NCBI GenBank assembly: GCA_023213395.1
Contig: CM041465.1
Location: 103,051,741-103,115,740 of the forward strand
Source of the DNA: Cycas panzhihuaensis
Lineage: Eukaryota > Plantae > Cycadophyta
Length of the DNA stretch: 64,000 bases
Reading direction: 5' to 3'
This document shows, one piece after another, positions 38,970 to 53,695 of this stretch. The notes below the pieces were generated by a model that did not search any database, was not told the origin of the DNA, and worked only from the letters and a program-made list of their open reading frames with translations. Position 1 is the stretch's first letter. Every line of letters starts with the position of its first letter. A program made the position numbers and the translations under genes.

Positions 38970-41900
38970 TGATGCATACTCACACATATATTTGGCAAGA
39001 ATTTAAGTCAACAATTAATGATATCATGTGGATTTAAAAATATAGCCATTATTAGATATAAAATAAATATCAGACTATCACATGAGATAATAGTTAGCAA
39101 GAATGAGAATGATAATTAGAGATAAAGGCAATAGATGCCAAACATTAAGGCATTAAAGATTTAAAATTAATCCATGGTCAGATAATTTAAATGTCGCAAA
39201 TTTCACTTGAGAGCTCTTACACACACACACAAATTTATTTTAAAGTTGACTACTATAATTAAATAAGATTTAGCATAAGTTTAGCTCTTTATAATTACCC
39301 TCTTTTCAAGACACATTTCCTTTAAAGTGTTTTATTTTCATCACCTTGCTCTTGATGGATCCATGACTTGAAATGCTTCACCTAAGAAGCATGAAATAGA
39401 AATGTGCATCTTAGTCCACCACCTACTATAGCATTGATATCATATGAGGTTAGTCCAACTTTGTGCCATATTCTATAAATAAGCCATATATATGCTCTTC
39501 TTATTTATGATAATAAGATATCCTTGATAACTTTTATGTATGATATTATATGTAGAAAATCTTAAAACTTGTATGTTAAGGGTTTAACTTATTGGTAGTC
39601 CTATGTCTAGTTTCTACATTATACCCATAGGAAATTTTGCTCAAGATACATAATTAGGATGAGGGCAAGAGGATGAAGTTGGTATAAATAAAAGGCATAA
39701 ATTAGGATATACAATTGGGGTTTTCTAGTTATGAGTTGATAACTAAATAGGTGATGAGATGGGCATAGTAAGTATTTTGTGTTGGCAAGAGATTCAGTGG
39801 GGGACATACACGAGATGTATGTCATGGACAACAATGTAATATGAATATTTGTAACAGAGTCATAGGCTAACAAAGTAAGATAATGGATAGGAGAGAGACT
39901 TGGTGGTAATAAGTGTAGAGGGTTTGGAAGAGGATAAAGAGTAAGAGAGTAAAGATGATTAATACAACTTTAATCAGGGATTAAACCATGAGGGATGTGG
40001 AAGGCTTAAATGAAATGGATGAGAAACAAAGCCTAAGGAATATGACTAGTGTATAATAAAGATAGAAATTATGTAAAATTAATATGGAGGAATTGAAGAG
40101 TAGGGTCATGGTGATAAGAGATAAGGATAATAAACAAGACAGTGGAATAGAAGAATGTAAGGGGGATGTGTACAAAGTAGTTATTAAAATAAGGGAAACA
40201 AAGAGTAAAATTTCTATTCATTAGGGATAAGATTTGGGGATGACTTATGTGTATGATTAATAAAAAAATAAGAGGTAAGAAATGGGGAAAATAATGTACA
40301 TTCTCCATAAATAAGAGAGAAGGAAGTAGGGGGTGAAACTTGGAGAGTAGGTGAAGGTTAGCAGGGGAGTTAAAAAGTATGATTGAGGTTTTAGAGTAAT
40401 GCATACATGGGATTATGAGGGGGGAAATAGATAGTGAGGTAATCTACTATGAATTATGTATGGTAAAATCTCAAGGAAGGAGATGTGATAAGTAAAATAA
40501 ATTAACATTAAAGTGGGGTTAATGATCAAAAATTTATAAACATATGAAAGAGATACATAAGAAATTAGTATTAAAATATAGGTATGAAAAAAAGATACGG
40601 GTGGAATAGAGTGTGAATAAGATTAGGGGACAACACTTACATGGAGAATATGGGGGACTAATGGAGAATTAAGGCTAGATTATATAATGGAAATTCTATA
40701 TGTAAATGCAACGAGGAGAGAGATTTAGGACATAAGAAAAATAAGGAATAAGGATAACTTATATTAGGGGTAAGACTAGGCTGTGGCATATATAAGGGAT
40801 TTATAGGAGGATAAGAAATGTGAATTAGGGGAGACAATGAATAACTTACATAAATAAGTGATAAGGAGCAACAAAGGAGATGTGTGAGAATTATGAATAA
40901 TAGTATAGGTAATGAAGAAGACAAAAGCTTAGGAAATAAGACATGTATATAGAATGACTAGAGGATAATGGTAAAGTAATCATAATGGAAGAGTGATTTT
41001 AATGAGGTCATACAGAAGAGATATATAGATCAGTACTTAAGGATTAGTGAGAGGGGTGATGGAAGATAGAAATGTCATTTATTAGATAACTTTAAGGGTG
41101 GAGAGGGAAACAATGAGGACTTCTAAGAGGGATGTATATTAATAAAGTTAAGGAATAAGGAGAGTAGAGCATTAGGAAGAGGATGAGGGATTTCATCATG
41201 TAATTTTTTTTCTTTATAGATTTCTTAGGCAATAAATCAAAATGAAAAGAGGTTTATAGGTGGATGAACCCAAGGGGGGCTAAAATTTTTCCTATTAGAA
41301 GCTATAATTAAAGATCTTAAGATATAATTTCACTTTGGGCTCTTGTTAAGTGGGGGTATAGAATTTTCTAATGCCAAGCAACTCAAAAGTTCAAGAGTAA
41401 CAATGAAACTACTAAAAGAAATAGAAAATGAAAAATAGGGTTTGGCTCACTATTATTACCTCATTAGAGATAACATGTTACTCTAATTCTGTAGTTGATT
41501 TTTCTTCATTCTTACTTTGATGTAAAATTTGCTTCACATAGTTCTTATATATCAATAGGTTCTTATTATAATTCCTCATATGCGAGTTGTTTACTTACTC
41601 TTGATGAGTTATGCTTCCTACTTATATATGAGCTCTTCCTCTCCTTCATTTAATGACTTCTTTCTATAATAATACTTAACTAAGTGTGTTATGGTTGTCT
41701 CCCTATCTATTAGATATGATGTGACTTTGTAACTTTGAATATATTTAATGAAAATTTCTTAGATACTCTCTATCATTGATTAGTTATCCTAGTAGATACC
41801 TTTTCCATTATAAAACCCCTAATGTAATATATTTCAATACCACAGAATGCTCAATGATGATATTAGACAAAGCTAATAAATCCCTAAAAGATGAACATAT

Positions 41901-44052
41901 ATAAAAAATACCAATTAGAGTTCCCACAAGTAAAAACTTCTATAAATCTAAAAATGTAAACCAAGAAGTAAAAAACTTAGTTGAACATGCTCATTTAAAA
42001 TAGGATACTCTTATTCTAAGTTAGGAATCTATGACTTCAACAAGTGTATTCTAGTCTTAATATCTTAGGTGGTTCAAATCTTTAGTAATGAGTCACAACT
42101 CTTTATCATTAAGATGAATTACAATTGATTAAAATCTTCTATCTTTTCCTATATGTGGAGTATAGAATGAAGAGTCATGCCTATTTTCTATATGTAAGAT
42201 GTTGAAATATTTTCCACCATTCTCATAGACATGATTGAGGGATATCTTTTATTGACCTCCCCTTTGTATCTAGGGATCTATGACTTGTGTTCAAGACTAT
42301 TTCATCTTCATCTCCTACTAGTTACACTAATTTATCTTTTTAAATATTCAGTAGTCCTATTAGTTGAATGTCCACTATTCTCCTACCTACATGTTAGGGC
42401 TCCTGTGTGTTAGCATCTTCCACCTTCCTCATCATTGGCATTTTTCACCTTCCTTCCCACAATTTTTAGCATGATGGGTCATCTTTATATATATGGAAAG
42501 CTCCAAATATTTTAGTCACTAACCTTTGCAAGCTCATCAATACTAGTGTAATACACCTATATATTTAAATACTTATGTGTCTCATGTGGACACTGACATC
42601 TTCTTCTCCCCTTATCTATAAGTGTTTCATATTTATTTACATATGCATGATGGAACTAGACCTATAATAAATTCAAGTTTAAATATTTTCTCCCTTGAAT
42701 ACTTCATTTCCATATATTTCATATTTATATGCCTCAAACCTATAAATAATTAAAATTTACATATGCCCTCACTTACTCATATTTTACTTTCATCTATTAT
42801 AGGACTAGACCTACAAGTAATACCCTCCCTTACTATGATGGGATGAGACCAGTGAGGAATGCCCTCCTTTCTACATCTTATCTTCTACCTTAGTGTGCAC
42901 AAAGATGCATTATTCATCTATTAGAATTTAGAATAATTCATGAGTCTTATACATGGGTCTATGCAAGGTCTTAATAGTAAAAGATAGATTCCCTTAGTAG
43001 TACATAGTTCATCTACTAGAATATAGTGTAGTTCAAAGTTATACTTCATAAGTATTATTTGTGGATCAATATGAGGTATCAATAGCAAAGATGAATTCCC
43101 TTAGTTGTTTCCTATTGGATAGATCCCTTAATTACATCAATAATAGTTCATATATTAGTTAGTGATAAGGTTAGAATACTTTGTATATTATCCAAGGTTT
43201 ATATGATTTAAAAGTTAGCCTAGCACATTCAATAAGTTAAGATATTAAAAATTACTTCATCTACTGAGGAGGGGGGATGGCTTCATGGTCCTTCATTTAC
43301 ATGCTTTACTCCACTTCATCTACCCCAATTATGCACCACAACAAGTCATTTCTCACTTTGTTTATCACTACCAATGCCTCACTCACTTTATTTATCTAGC
43401 TTTAAATATGTACTTTAAAATATATTCCCTTCTTCTAAATACACTTCTATCTCATCTACACATATGAGCATTTATGATGTGGACTTTATTTTTCTTATTA
43501 TTTAGCCAAATGATATAAGGAGAAATTTAAATATACATCTTTTAAATCCAAAATTAGCCTACCTCTTAACTCATGCCTTTTAAATTTATGCTTTTCCCTT
43601 ATGGGATATTAGGTCAAGTGGTTTCATTGCCTTTAACAACTTCTCATAAGATTAAATAGTCACTGTATACTATTTTAATCAACATCTAAAAAGTTCATCA
43701 AATAATGTTGAATGTGCTTTACTCTAATACCAAATAATACACCCACACATATATTCAATAAGAATTTAAGTTAATAATTAATAATAGTATAGACATTCAA
43801 TGAGATAACCATAATAAAACATTGAAATAAATATTAGAATGTCTCATGAGATAATAATCAAAGAGAGTGAGAATAATAATCAATGATAATGGTGGTAGAT
43901 GCCAAACACTAAGGTGCTAAAGATTTGTAATTAATCCATGGTCAAAGAATTAAACTATTATAAATTTCTCTTAAGGATCATGCACACACACACACATTTC
44001 ATATCTAACTTTCATAATTAAGTAAGATTTAACATAGATGTAGCCCTTTACA
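38970..44052 (-). mobile_element. Degenerate LTR retrotransposon (gypsy-like), probably with a nested fragment
   Basis: LTRs 38970-39293 and 43735-44052. TSD AAAGA/AAAGT. PBS reverse complement actctaatacca 43721-43732; PPT reverse complement attaccctcttttcaag after 39293. Confidence 0.85.
39620..41200 (-). pseudogene. Highly eroded gypsy RT-RNase H remnant
   Basis: Weak motifs on the minus strand, in pol order: FPYFNNY (YPLP-like), YTLVIFLRL (YEFLVMPFGL-like), KPQLYILIYA (KPF.LYTDAS-like). Confidence 0.4.
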
Positions 44053-44714
44053 AAAGTGATCATTAAAGGGCCAACAATAAATTTTAGATGAGTTCTTCTC
44101 TATTTTATTGAAATCTTGTTCTTTAGAAAAGGTCTTCTTCTTTAAAATGACCATTATCCAAATAACATGGAAGAAATGGATTTATATATATCTATTTTAG
44201 CTCAAAATCTCACACAAATTAGCATATGGCATCTAAAATATTATGAATATTAGTTTTGAGCAAGATTGAGGCCAATTATATGTAAGAAAATGTTATTTAG
44301 GTCAAAGTGACCAAAAATACCATTTGTTTCCTTGAAAGCACCATCAATTTTTAGAGCCACTAAAAACTAACTTAAACCTATTTTAAATTTATAAAAAACT
44401 AATAGAAATTAGAATTTGGTATCTTTAAAATATCTTTTGTTTATCCTTAATCTCTAGAAACTATCTAATTATTAATAAGGTTGTGTTTTAAGTACTAGCA
44501 AATTTCCCCTTACTAATCAAGGTAACAAAGATGTGAAATTATAGACATAGGCTAATAATCAATATAGGCACATTAGAAGTAAAACATCCTTCTCCCTATA
44601 TACTATTGACCTACTACCATTTTATTGATTTTATACTACTACTACCATCATTTAAAGGAAGTGTGTATATAAGGACCATCCACTTGTGGTTATGGAAAAT
44701 AAAGCAAGTGTAAG

Positions 44715-44745
<31 letters not shown>

Positions 44746-46960
44746 GCTTAAATGTGTATGGACAAATCCCATCCTCATGATAAAACATGTAATATTAATC
44801 CTAATAAAAATGATGAGTAATTCTATAATCTTATGATTTCTTAAACTAATCAATGGAAGTAGTGAGGAGGTTGCATTATGAACAAACATTTATAGTTAGT
44901 GGCTAAGTCACTATGCTATGTTAAATATCATAATTTAGGATCACTGTGTTAACTTTTATAAGGAAGTAATCCACTAGAATATCTATATGGAATTCATAAG
45001 TATTTTAATATAGAATTAGTATTAATAAATGACACCAACAAGTATTATATAATATAACTAATATTGATGATGCCTCTGTATTAACCTCTAGGGGGTTATT
45101 AGACTTTATGGACTCTTATAGTAGTGTCAACTCATGAATTGGTCAAGAATAATACAAGGTGGGTCGGGCTTCTATGGATCAAGGGTAAGAAAATAACTTA
45201 AGAAAAGGCTAAAAAGGTAAGGGAGAGAAATCCTATCATGATCTAGAACTTGATCACATGCTATATCACATGTCATATATATTGCTACAAGTGTTAACCA
45301 TTCCAAACGTACCATCTTGTATTGTTTATCAAACTTAATGCTTTAATGTTGACTATACTAATGCTAGAAATCACATTTAATATTACTATTTTATTTATAT
45401 GGTTTATATATGATGTATGAAGATATAATTATTACTATTCATGGTGACCCATAAAGCATAAGGCCTTATAATATAAACATAGATAATCAAAGCACTTTAG
45501 AAGAATAGACTACAAATAGCTTTTATAGGGATCTCAACTATTTTAACCATTTTTATTAGAGATTTACCTCTAATTAAGATAATCCATAATAGATAAGAGG
45601 GAAATAGAGGCCAAACCTTTATGGAATATGGTGGAGTATAACTCCAAGAGAAGGATCCCATTTAAAGTTAAAACAGTCTGGGATTCCCTTTAACTTTAGA
45701 GCTCACATAATAAAGAAAACTTATGTTAGGGACAATACAAGATCAAGAAGTCTCTAGTTATTTTTCTTTGCCTTAATTCATATAATAAGTGATGCGTGAA
45801 TCTTATATAGTATGTGATCTGGCTTAGGCACAATACATAAGAAACATAGGGTGTTTAAGAAATTAATTATGAGGAAGGGTAGGTAAGAAAGAGATGGATA
45901 AGGAGAATGCATAACTAATTACTATTAAATAGGAAACATATAGGGCTCCCACCTAAATTTATCAAGTTATTGGTAATAGAAAGGAGTAGGACCCTTATCT
46001 AAGGATGAGTCCTAATGGTAAAAAATTAGAATATCTCAATATAGTACCAATATTTTGGTTGAAATTATTATTGTCTAGTTTTTTTTTTATTATTATTATC
46101 ATTTAATGCTACGAAGAACCTATAGATAAGTAAATTAAATAACCATCTAAATTACAAATATTTAGTATTAATTACCTTTTTAGCCTTGGATTAATATGAA
46201 GTTATGGTTATACAAGAGGGCCTATTGAATGTTGATGATTAGTTTTTTTAAGATTCTCCTATATTACTTTGTGTAGGTATAGATAAAGTAGGTCAAAGTA
46301 TGTTTGGTTCATCTATAATAACATGTTATAGAAAGTTGTACTTATTTAGATATAGTGATAACAATGGATTCGTCTTCATATAGCCCTCATCTTATCATCA
46401 CAATACAATTGTTAAGGAGGAATTTCATTACCATGAATGTTTATAACATGCTCACATGCATGGCCTATATCTAGTCTCTCCCAAGTAACATATTATAAGG
46501 CAACAACTAATCTGTAACTTCCACATCTAATATTATAATAAAACCTTTAAAGGTATGGGTAAATATATAATTTGTATGCTTAGGTTTATGTAGGAAACTA
46601 TCAAAGACTTATATAATTAATATAGAAGGGAATATTCATTGGAAATTTAATTGTTAGAAGGTTTTAAGTGCATAACTAAACATGTTGAAATGTAATCAAT
46701 AACACATGGTGATACCTATTATTTAGATATAGTAGTATCTATATAAAAGGAAGGACATGGATCTTGATCATCTTTCCTTATGGTTTTATGATTAAACATT
46801 ATCACTCATACTATATTTATGTTAATGGTCCTAATGACATTAAGAAGAGGTTTTATATATTTAAGGTTTTCTTTAAGGACCCTTTTTGCTTCTATGATCA
46901 CATCGTATTTTAGGATATAACTATAGAGGTTCCTAAGAACTTTATTTATCAAGTCATTTC

Positions 46961-49900
46961 TAAAGAGAAATATCAAAGAGGAATATCATAATAACATAAC
47001 TTAAATCAATGTAAAAAGTAAATAACTAATAAGATCCAAGCACATCAACAAAGAACAACTAGAGATTCAAGTTTAAGCATAGATCATTTTATTAATTTGA
47101 GAAATAACTAAATAATTACAAAGTGAAAACTCCATCTCTCTTCTCATCCACTCCTCCCCCTTTACATGTGCCATTGTAAAAGAATATATAGATATAATTT
47201 TATAAGATACCACCTTGAAATATTACAATATAATGGGCATAAACCATGGGTTAAAAAAGATGCCTAAAGGGGCTCAAGTGTAATGCATATACCTATGTAA
47301 CATCTACAAAGTGTTCAACGTATTTAACAATCTCCTGCTTATTAAATAATTTATAAGAAACCTCTATACATAACTACTAAATTCCAAAATCATAAATACC
47401 CATTACTTTTCTATACCATTTAAATCTTTTTGTACTAATAGCCTTAATTAATGAGTCTACAACATTCTCATGTATAGAAACCCTCTGTAAGTCCACCTTT
47501 TGGAATCAACCATTTCTCTTATAAAGTATAATTACACATCGATATACTTCAATGAAGCATGAAAATATGGTTCTTCACCAGATAAATTATACTTTGACTG
47601 CCACAATCTATCCTCATGATTTTTTACCTAGAACTAATATCTGTGTATAATATCTATAACCAAACTGCTTCCTTGCATGTATGAGTAGCTACAATATACT
47701 TTGTTTTATGTTTAATAATATAATTTATTTCTTTGATGATTATTTTAAGCTATATAATGACTTTTTCAATGTATACACTAAATTCTCCTTACCTATAACC
47801 TTAAAACCTTTGGGATGTAATATATAAATTTCTTCCTCAAGGTCACCATGAAGAAAAGTTGTTTTTATATTCATTTGATCCACCTTGAGATTATTGGCAA
47901 CTACTATATATAATAGAAATCTAATTGAAGATAATTTTATAATAGGAGAAAACACCTCATTAAAATCTATTCCATTTATCTAGGAACAACCCTTTGCTAC
48001 TAAATGGACCTTATACTTTTCCACAATACCATCTGCCTAAAACTTCTTCTTAAATATTTATTTATTATCAATAAGTTTTCTACCATTTGGAAGATTCACC
48101 CAATCCCATATTTCATTCCTGTCTAAGGCCATCATTTCTTCTTCCATGGCTTTCTTCTAATTGACTTATATTTTGATGCAAAATCTTCATCTCTTATCTT
48201 AAATTGCATCTCCTTAGAGTCATCCTCCTTTAGTACTTCTTCCTACTTTAAATACTTGAACTCCTCTCTAAAGATAACATCGTAACTATATATAACTCTA
48301 TAGTATTTAAAGTTATAAAGCTCATACCCCTTTACACCATCACCATAGCTAATGAAATTAGACTTTTATGCTTTAAAATTAAGTTTCATCCTCTACAAGA
48401 TAGGAACATACATAAAAGTTTCACAACCAAATACTCTAAGGTGACTAGGAGATAATTTCTTTTTAGACCACATTTCTTTAGGCCTTTTGTTTACCAAAGT
48501 AATCGTCAATAATCCATTTATTAGGTAGCTCATAGTCATCATAGTTTTAGCTCAAAATTTCTTCTCTAAACTAATAGCACCAAGAATATTCCTTAATCTC
48601 TCTAACAAGGTCCTATTCATCCTTTTAACAACTTCATTCTATTGTGGTGTATAAGGAGTTACTTTCTATCTTGTTATTTTATACTTCTTATAAAACAACT
48701 TAAATCCATTTAAACAAAACTCACCTCTATTATTAGTTTATAGTACCTTAATCCTCCTATCAATATAATTTTTGACTAAGGCCTCCTTAAATTTGCTAAA
48801 AACCTCAGATTTCTATCTAAGAAAGTATAAAATTGTCTTTCTTAAAAAATCATAAATGAATAAGATAAAATACCTGGACCCACCTAAAGAGGGTATATTA
48901 ATGGATCCAAAAGCATCATTGTATACCAATTACAAAATCCCCTTTGCTCTCCGTGAGCTAGAATGGAAATTTATATGATTATGTTTTCCATAAACATAAT
49001 GCTCACAAAAATTAAAATTAAATGAGTTATCAACCCTAGAGATATCTTTAGTTATACTTTTAGAGAGTAAATCATGAAGGTCTTTTTCTCTAATATGGCC
49101 CAATCTCTAATGCCACAATATAGTCTTATTGGTCAACAACACATGGGTCCCACCTACATTATTACTATGTTCTACAACAACTAGATTACAACTAGCAATA
49201 CTCACTGAGCTAGTATCAAGCTAATACAATGTTTCAAGTTAGACCCCTCTTATTAACACTAATGCTCCTTAAACTACTTTATAATTATCTCTATTAAAAG
49301 TCTCCTTGATTCCTACATTATCCAATTGACTAGTAGGCAACATGCTTATAGTTAATTTAGACATATGACTTACATTAAGGATAGTTTTAACCCTTCCATC
49401 CCTAAACCAAACCTTCACCATTCCATAACCCTTGATCTTATATGGGTAATGGTTCTTAGGGAATACTTCACCTTTATCAATACTTTCATATTCATAAAAC
49501 CACTCCCTTTGGGAACTAACATAAAGCAAGGCACTAGAGTTAATTAACTGACTCAACATTTAACATCTTACCTTAGGTAGCCAAATAAACATCACTATCA
49601 ACTTCATCAAAGGGATTTATTATTGTGGAATAAGTAACTTTAGGTGGCTTTACCTTATCAACCTTAGCTCTATACTTGCTCTTAAAATGACCAGTCTTCC
49701 CATATCTCTAGTATACTAATAGGCCTCTACCTGAATATTTGGATTTTCCTCTAGATTTTGACCATATATACCTAGGCCTTTGTTGGTCATGATCTAATGT
49801 ATGAAATTTGATTGATAATGCATTTGTTATATGATCTTTACAATTTTTTATCTTGTCTCTTTTGATAATAAAGTGGTAACAACTTCATCAAACTTCAGGG

Positions 49901-50878
49901 TATTAGTAGTTGCACTACTTATTGCCATTACAAGGTTGTCATAAGAATTAGGAAGTGAATATAATAGGGTAATACACTTATCTTTTTAGACATTTTTACC
50001 TCAATTCAAGTAAGCTAGCTCACCTTGGTGTTAAATATGATGAGATAATCTACAACTACATCTCTATCACTTATCCTAAGTGAATATGTTTTTTTGTTTT
50101 TTGAAGAAATAACTTATTAACTAGGGACTTCATCTGATATAAAGACCCTAAATTATTCCATAAATATTTGGCTGTAAACTATAAGAAAATATTTAATAAT
50201 ATCATATCTAATAGGTATAATCTTATAGAACTAATAACCTTCTTATAAAGTTTATTCTAATCTTCATTAGCTATATTCACATGCTTTGTTTCTATTACAG
50301 TGATCTACTAATCCTTCTCGACAAGGATATCTTCTATTTTTAGCTTTCATAACTCAAAGTTCTAGCTATTAAACTTTTAAATATCTATCCTTGCAGTGCT
50401 TGCTATAATCTTCACATGAGTTTACTAGATAAAACTCCCACTTAATAAATAACTTCCTGTAAAACTAAAACCCTAGCTCTGATACTAAATAAAAATAAAC
50501 ATCAGAGAGGAATAATGTAATAATAGAACTTAAATCAATATGAAAAGTAAATAACTAATGAGATCCAATCATATTAACAAGTAAGAACTAGAGATTCAAG
50601 TCGAAGTATAGACTATTTTATTAATCTGAGCAATAGTTAAAGAATTAGAAAAAGAAAATCTCAACTCTCTTCTCATCCACTTATTCTCCTTTACATGTGT
50701 TATTATAGAAGTATATATAGATATAATTTTATAAGATACCACCATATAGTATTATAATATAATGATCACAAACCATGGGCTAAAAATGACCTCTATTAGA
50801 TGCCCTACACCTCCCAAAAAAACTTAGGTGTAATACTTATACCCATGTAAATTTAATAATATATCAACATATTTGACA
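46961..50878 (-). mobile_element. Ty1/copia (Tnt1/Tork-like) element with internal RT deletion
   Basis: LTRs 46961-47329 and 50490-50878; TSD ATTTC/ATTTT; PBS reverse complement gctctgatacta 50476-50487; PPT reverse complement atctcctgctt 47330-47340. Motifs: KFNS*NFEL*KLKIEDIL (gag), GKTGHFK (zinc knuckle), LWH*RLGHI, QMNIKTTFLHGDLEEEIY, LKKSLYSLK, CKEAVWL. Confidence 0.93.
47340..50405 (-). pseudogene. Copia gag-pol pseudogene (RT C-terminal part missing)
   Basis: ORFs 47740..47955 (RT) and 49269..49559 (protease region), plus integrase YFILFIYDF (~48850-48872). RNase H follows LKKSLYSLK directly. Confidence 0.88.
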
Positions 50879-51699
50879 ATTTTAATCAGTATATTAAGTA
50901 TATCCTTAGGATAAAAACTTAATAAGGGATAAAATCCTCTTATATTTATTATTTTCCAAATAATAAAAAGGATGTAAATTGTGTTTATTCAAGTGGTAGA
51001 TGAGAATAATAAGGCCAAAAGTTTCACTAATCATATTTTGATATACCATTTACACATAGTTGGGAATAATATTTTAATGTCTAACTATTGAAGAATTAGC
51101 ATATAATATAGTATAATTTGTATATCTCTAAGCTATTCTTGTTATACCATTATCCTTAAGATATTTTATGGCCTTTTAGAGCCCTTTGTATCTCTCCCTA
51201 TGTTGTAAGCATTGTTATTATAAAAAGGTAGACCATGCACATGACTCTTTATTCATGGGTTATTTCCCTTTATCATTATATCTAAGAGGGATATTTATAG
51301 GTATTTTCCTAACCACTATTACTATTGATACTATTTCTCTTACCCTTATCTAGTTTGTTTTCCTTCCTTAATTCTTTCGATTGTCATTTTGTGTGTTATT
51401 AAGCACATGTCTTCCTTATTAAGAGAAGTTATTTTCTAAGTTTCTAAATTTAATATCATTAAAAGTAAGATATGGGGATAATTAATGAGATAGTTTAATT
51501 TTTAGAGTTTCTAATAATACAAATAACTAATTTTGAATTTATATTATTTTAAAAGATGGCCTAGGTTGTGATGTAATTTATACTAGTTATGATATAATAT
51601 GCATATGCTAGATTGCACCATCATTGACTATATATTTATCTATTATAATCAAGGCTAGTTAGCCTACTATTGGTTTTTCTTTCTTAATTTGTACCATCT

Positions 51700-52750
51700 T
51701 AATATGCAATGCCTTAAATATGGCATTTTTCTTATTTTCTAGAAATAGGTTCATGAGAATGAAGGAAAATAATAGTATCACTTCATAGTAGGCTCCTAAA
51801 AATAATGTCAAAATAGGCATATTATAATATTATCTTATTCATAACCATTAGAGGGATACTAATGGATGAATTCAAGGATATGGTCCTCTTGGTTCTTCCT
51901 TATTGATCCACTAAATCTATAGATATTTTTAGTTACTTTAGATAGCAAGGTTGTCTAATTAGGGCTAACATCAATTAGATCATTAGAAGTAAGTGTTAAG
52001 GTTCTAATTTTTAGAACACCAAAGTAATGGCTAAGAAATAGCCTCTTTTGAATTAAGAGCTAATTACTACAACTAGAATTAGTGGAATAGGTAAAAGTAG
52101 GGACAAACAACTAAGTCTCATAAAATAATAGGACATTATGCTTAAAGGATATTGATGATATTGTATGAGTATTATGATGGTAGATTGGTAGGTCTAAGGC
52201 TAAAGGAAATGACTAAGATTATAAGGTTACTTTTCTAAGTCTTAAGCATGCATAAGGTCTAAGGAAAAGGAAATGGAAAGGATCCCCAATATGGTTATTA
52301 ATTAGTTAGTGGTATGTTTATCCTTAGCCTAGCCTACATCCCTAATAGTATGAAAAATATTACTAATAGTACATATACCACTTTTGGGCACCTTTTAATC
52401 CTATTAAAATCCCATTTGGTTCTAATTATAGCCTTCCATTATTATTAATAGCAAGACATAGGTGTAATTAACATTTATAACTGATTTATCCCTTTTAGCA
52501 TTATAATTAACATTTAAGACCTATTAAGGATTTATTTAAATTTATGCATGAAGAGATAATAAAGATCATCCTCTAGTGTCCATAACACACTTCAGCTTCA
52601 ATAAAGATCAATATTTTAAAGTAGTAATTAAACAATACAAATGTCTTCATCATGGGCATTAAGCATCACCTAAATGCATTTATGATCCTCACATGATTAT
52701 TGTCCCACTCTTCTTAAGACCACCTATTAAATAGCAAACAATAATACTTG
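51700..52750 (-). pseudogene. Possible eroded gypsy integrase remnant
   Basis: Only weak motif traces in the expected order: AHD ~52650, G.FP ~52280, KLDN ~51955, RGPY ~51885. Confidence 0.3.
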
Positions 52751-53387
52751 AGATAAATAGGTTTAAAAAATTAATATACTAGAATAAAAGGTATGTATGT
52801 GGGCTTTGTGGGACTTATTATATAGTCAATTCTATATATTATTGAAGTATCAAACATCATAGCTACATTGATTCCCCATGTTGATTCAATTGTAAGTCTT
52901 TCATACCTAATAATAAAGAATAATTACCCATGCAAATATAATTTAAGAGAGTATCATATTGTCATAATTAAGCATGGATATAAGATAATCCAACTATTGT
53001 ATAATAGTAACCTAATGCCACTTATGGTATATGGAGTGAATTACTTGAAATTTAAAATAGTATGACAAGGTGATGAACCCTACTCTAACAAGTGTCTAAT
53101 CTAATATAATTTATAATAAATACTTTGAAGAGTCTAAAGCATGATAGACCCTTTTTTACTAATATCAATAGAAAAAATTATGATAAATTGATATAATATC
53201 TAATCCATCTTCATTATGATAGCTCTAACAAAATCCCTATAGGTGAATTCTATTAAGGCCATATTAATAAGGGAATATTAAAAAGAAATGTAAAAAATAT
53301 AACTTTTAAACAATATACATATATCAATGTCTATTCTAAAGCACTTTTGGAAAGGAAAATCAAAGCCCAACTATGGTAAATAGGAAT

Positions 53388-53695
53388 CTATGAGTTACTT
53401 TTAAATTCAATACATAATGTAAGTTATATGTTTAGTGAGAAAATTATTTAAAGGATATACAATGCACAATTTGGTATACAAATGAGTGAATGTTTTATGA
53501 GTGTCAAATCTATAAGTAATTTGATATTATAGTCTAAAGTACTTTGTAATATTAGGAAAACAACAATTATGAAGAGCATTGTATGTGATTTTCACACTTT
53601 TGTAGAAGGAAATAATGAAGTTTGGTAATGAAAAGGTCCGTACATTGAAGCTTCACATAAAGATATAAAGAAGATTAATGAGTGTCCTCACTTAT
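53388..53695 (+). repeat. LTR fragment homologous to 25061-25370
   Basis: ctatgagttacttttaaa...aatgtaagttatatgtt.agtgagaaaa...cttttgtagaaggaa..aatgaagtttggtaat is colinear in both places. Confidence 0.88.

Noticed and set aside
44060-46950. Possible further element(s) here and at 34.4-37.7 kb and 62.4-64 kb
   Set aside because: These look like eroded TE DNA, but I could not resolve paired ends or convincing motifs.
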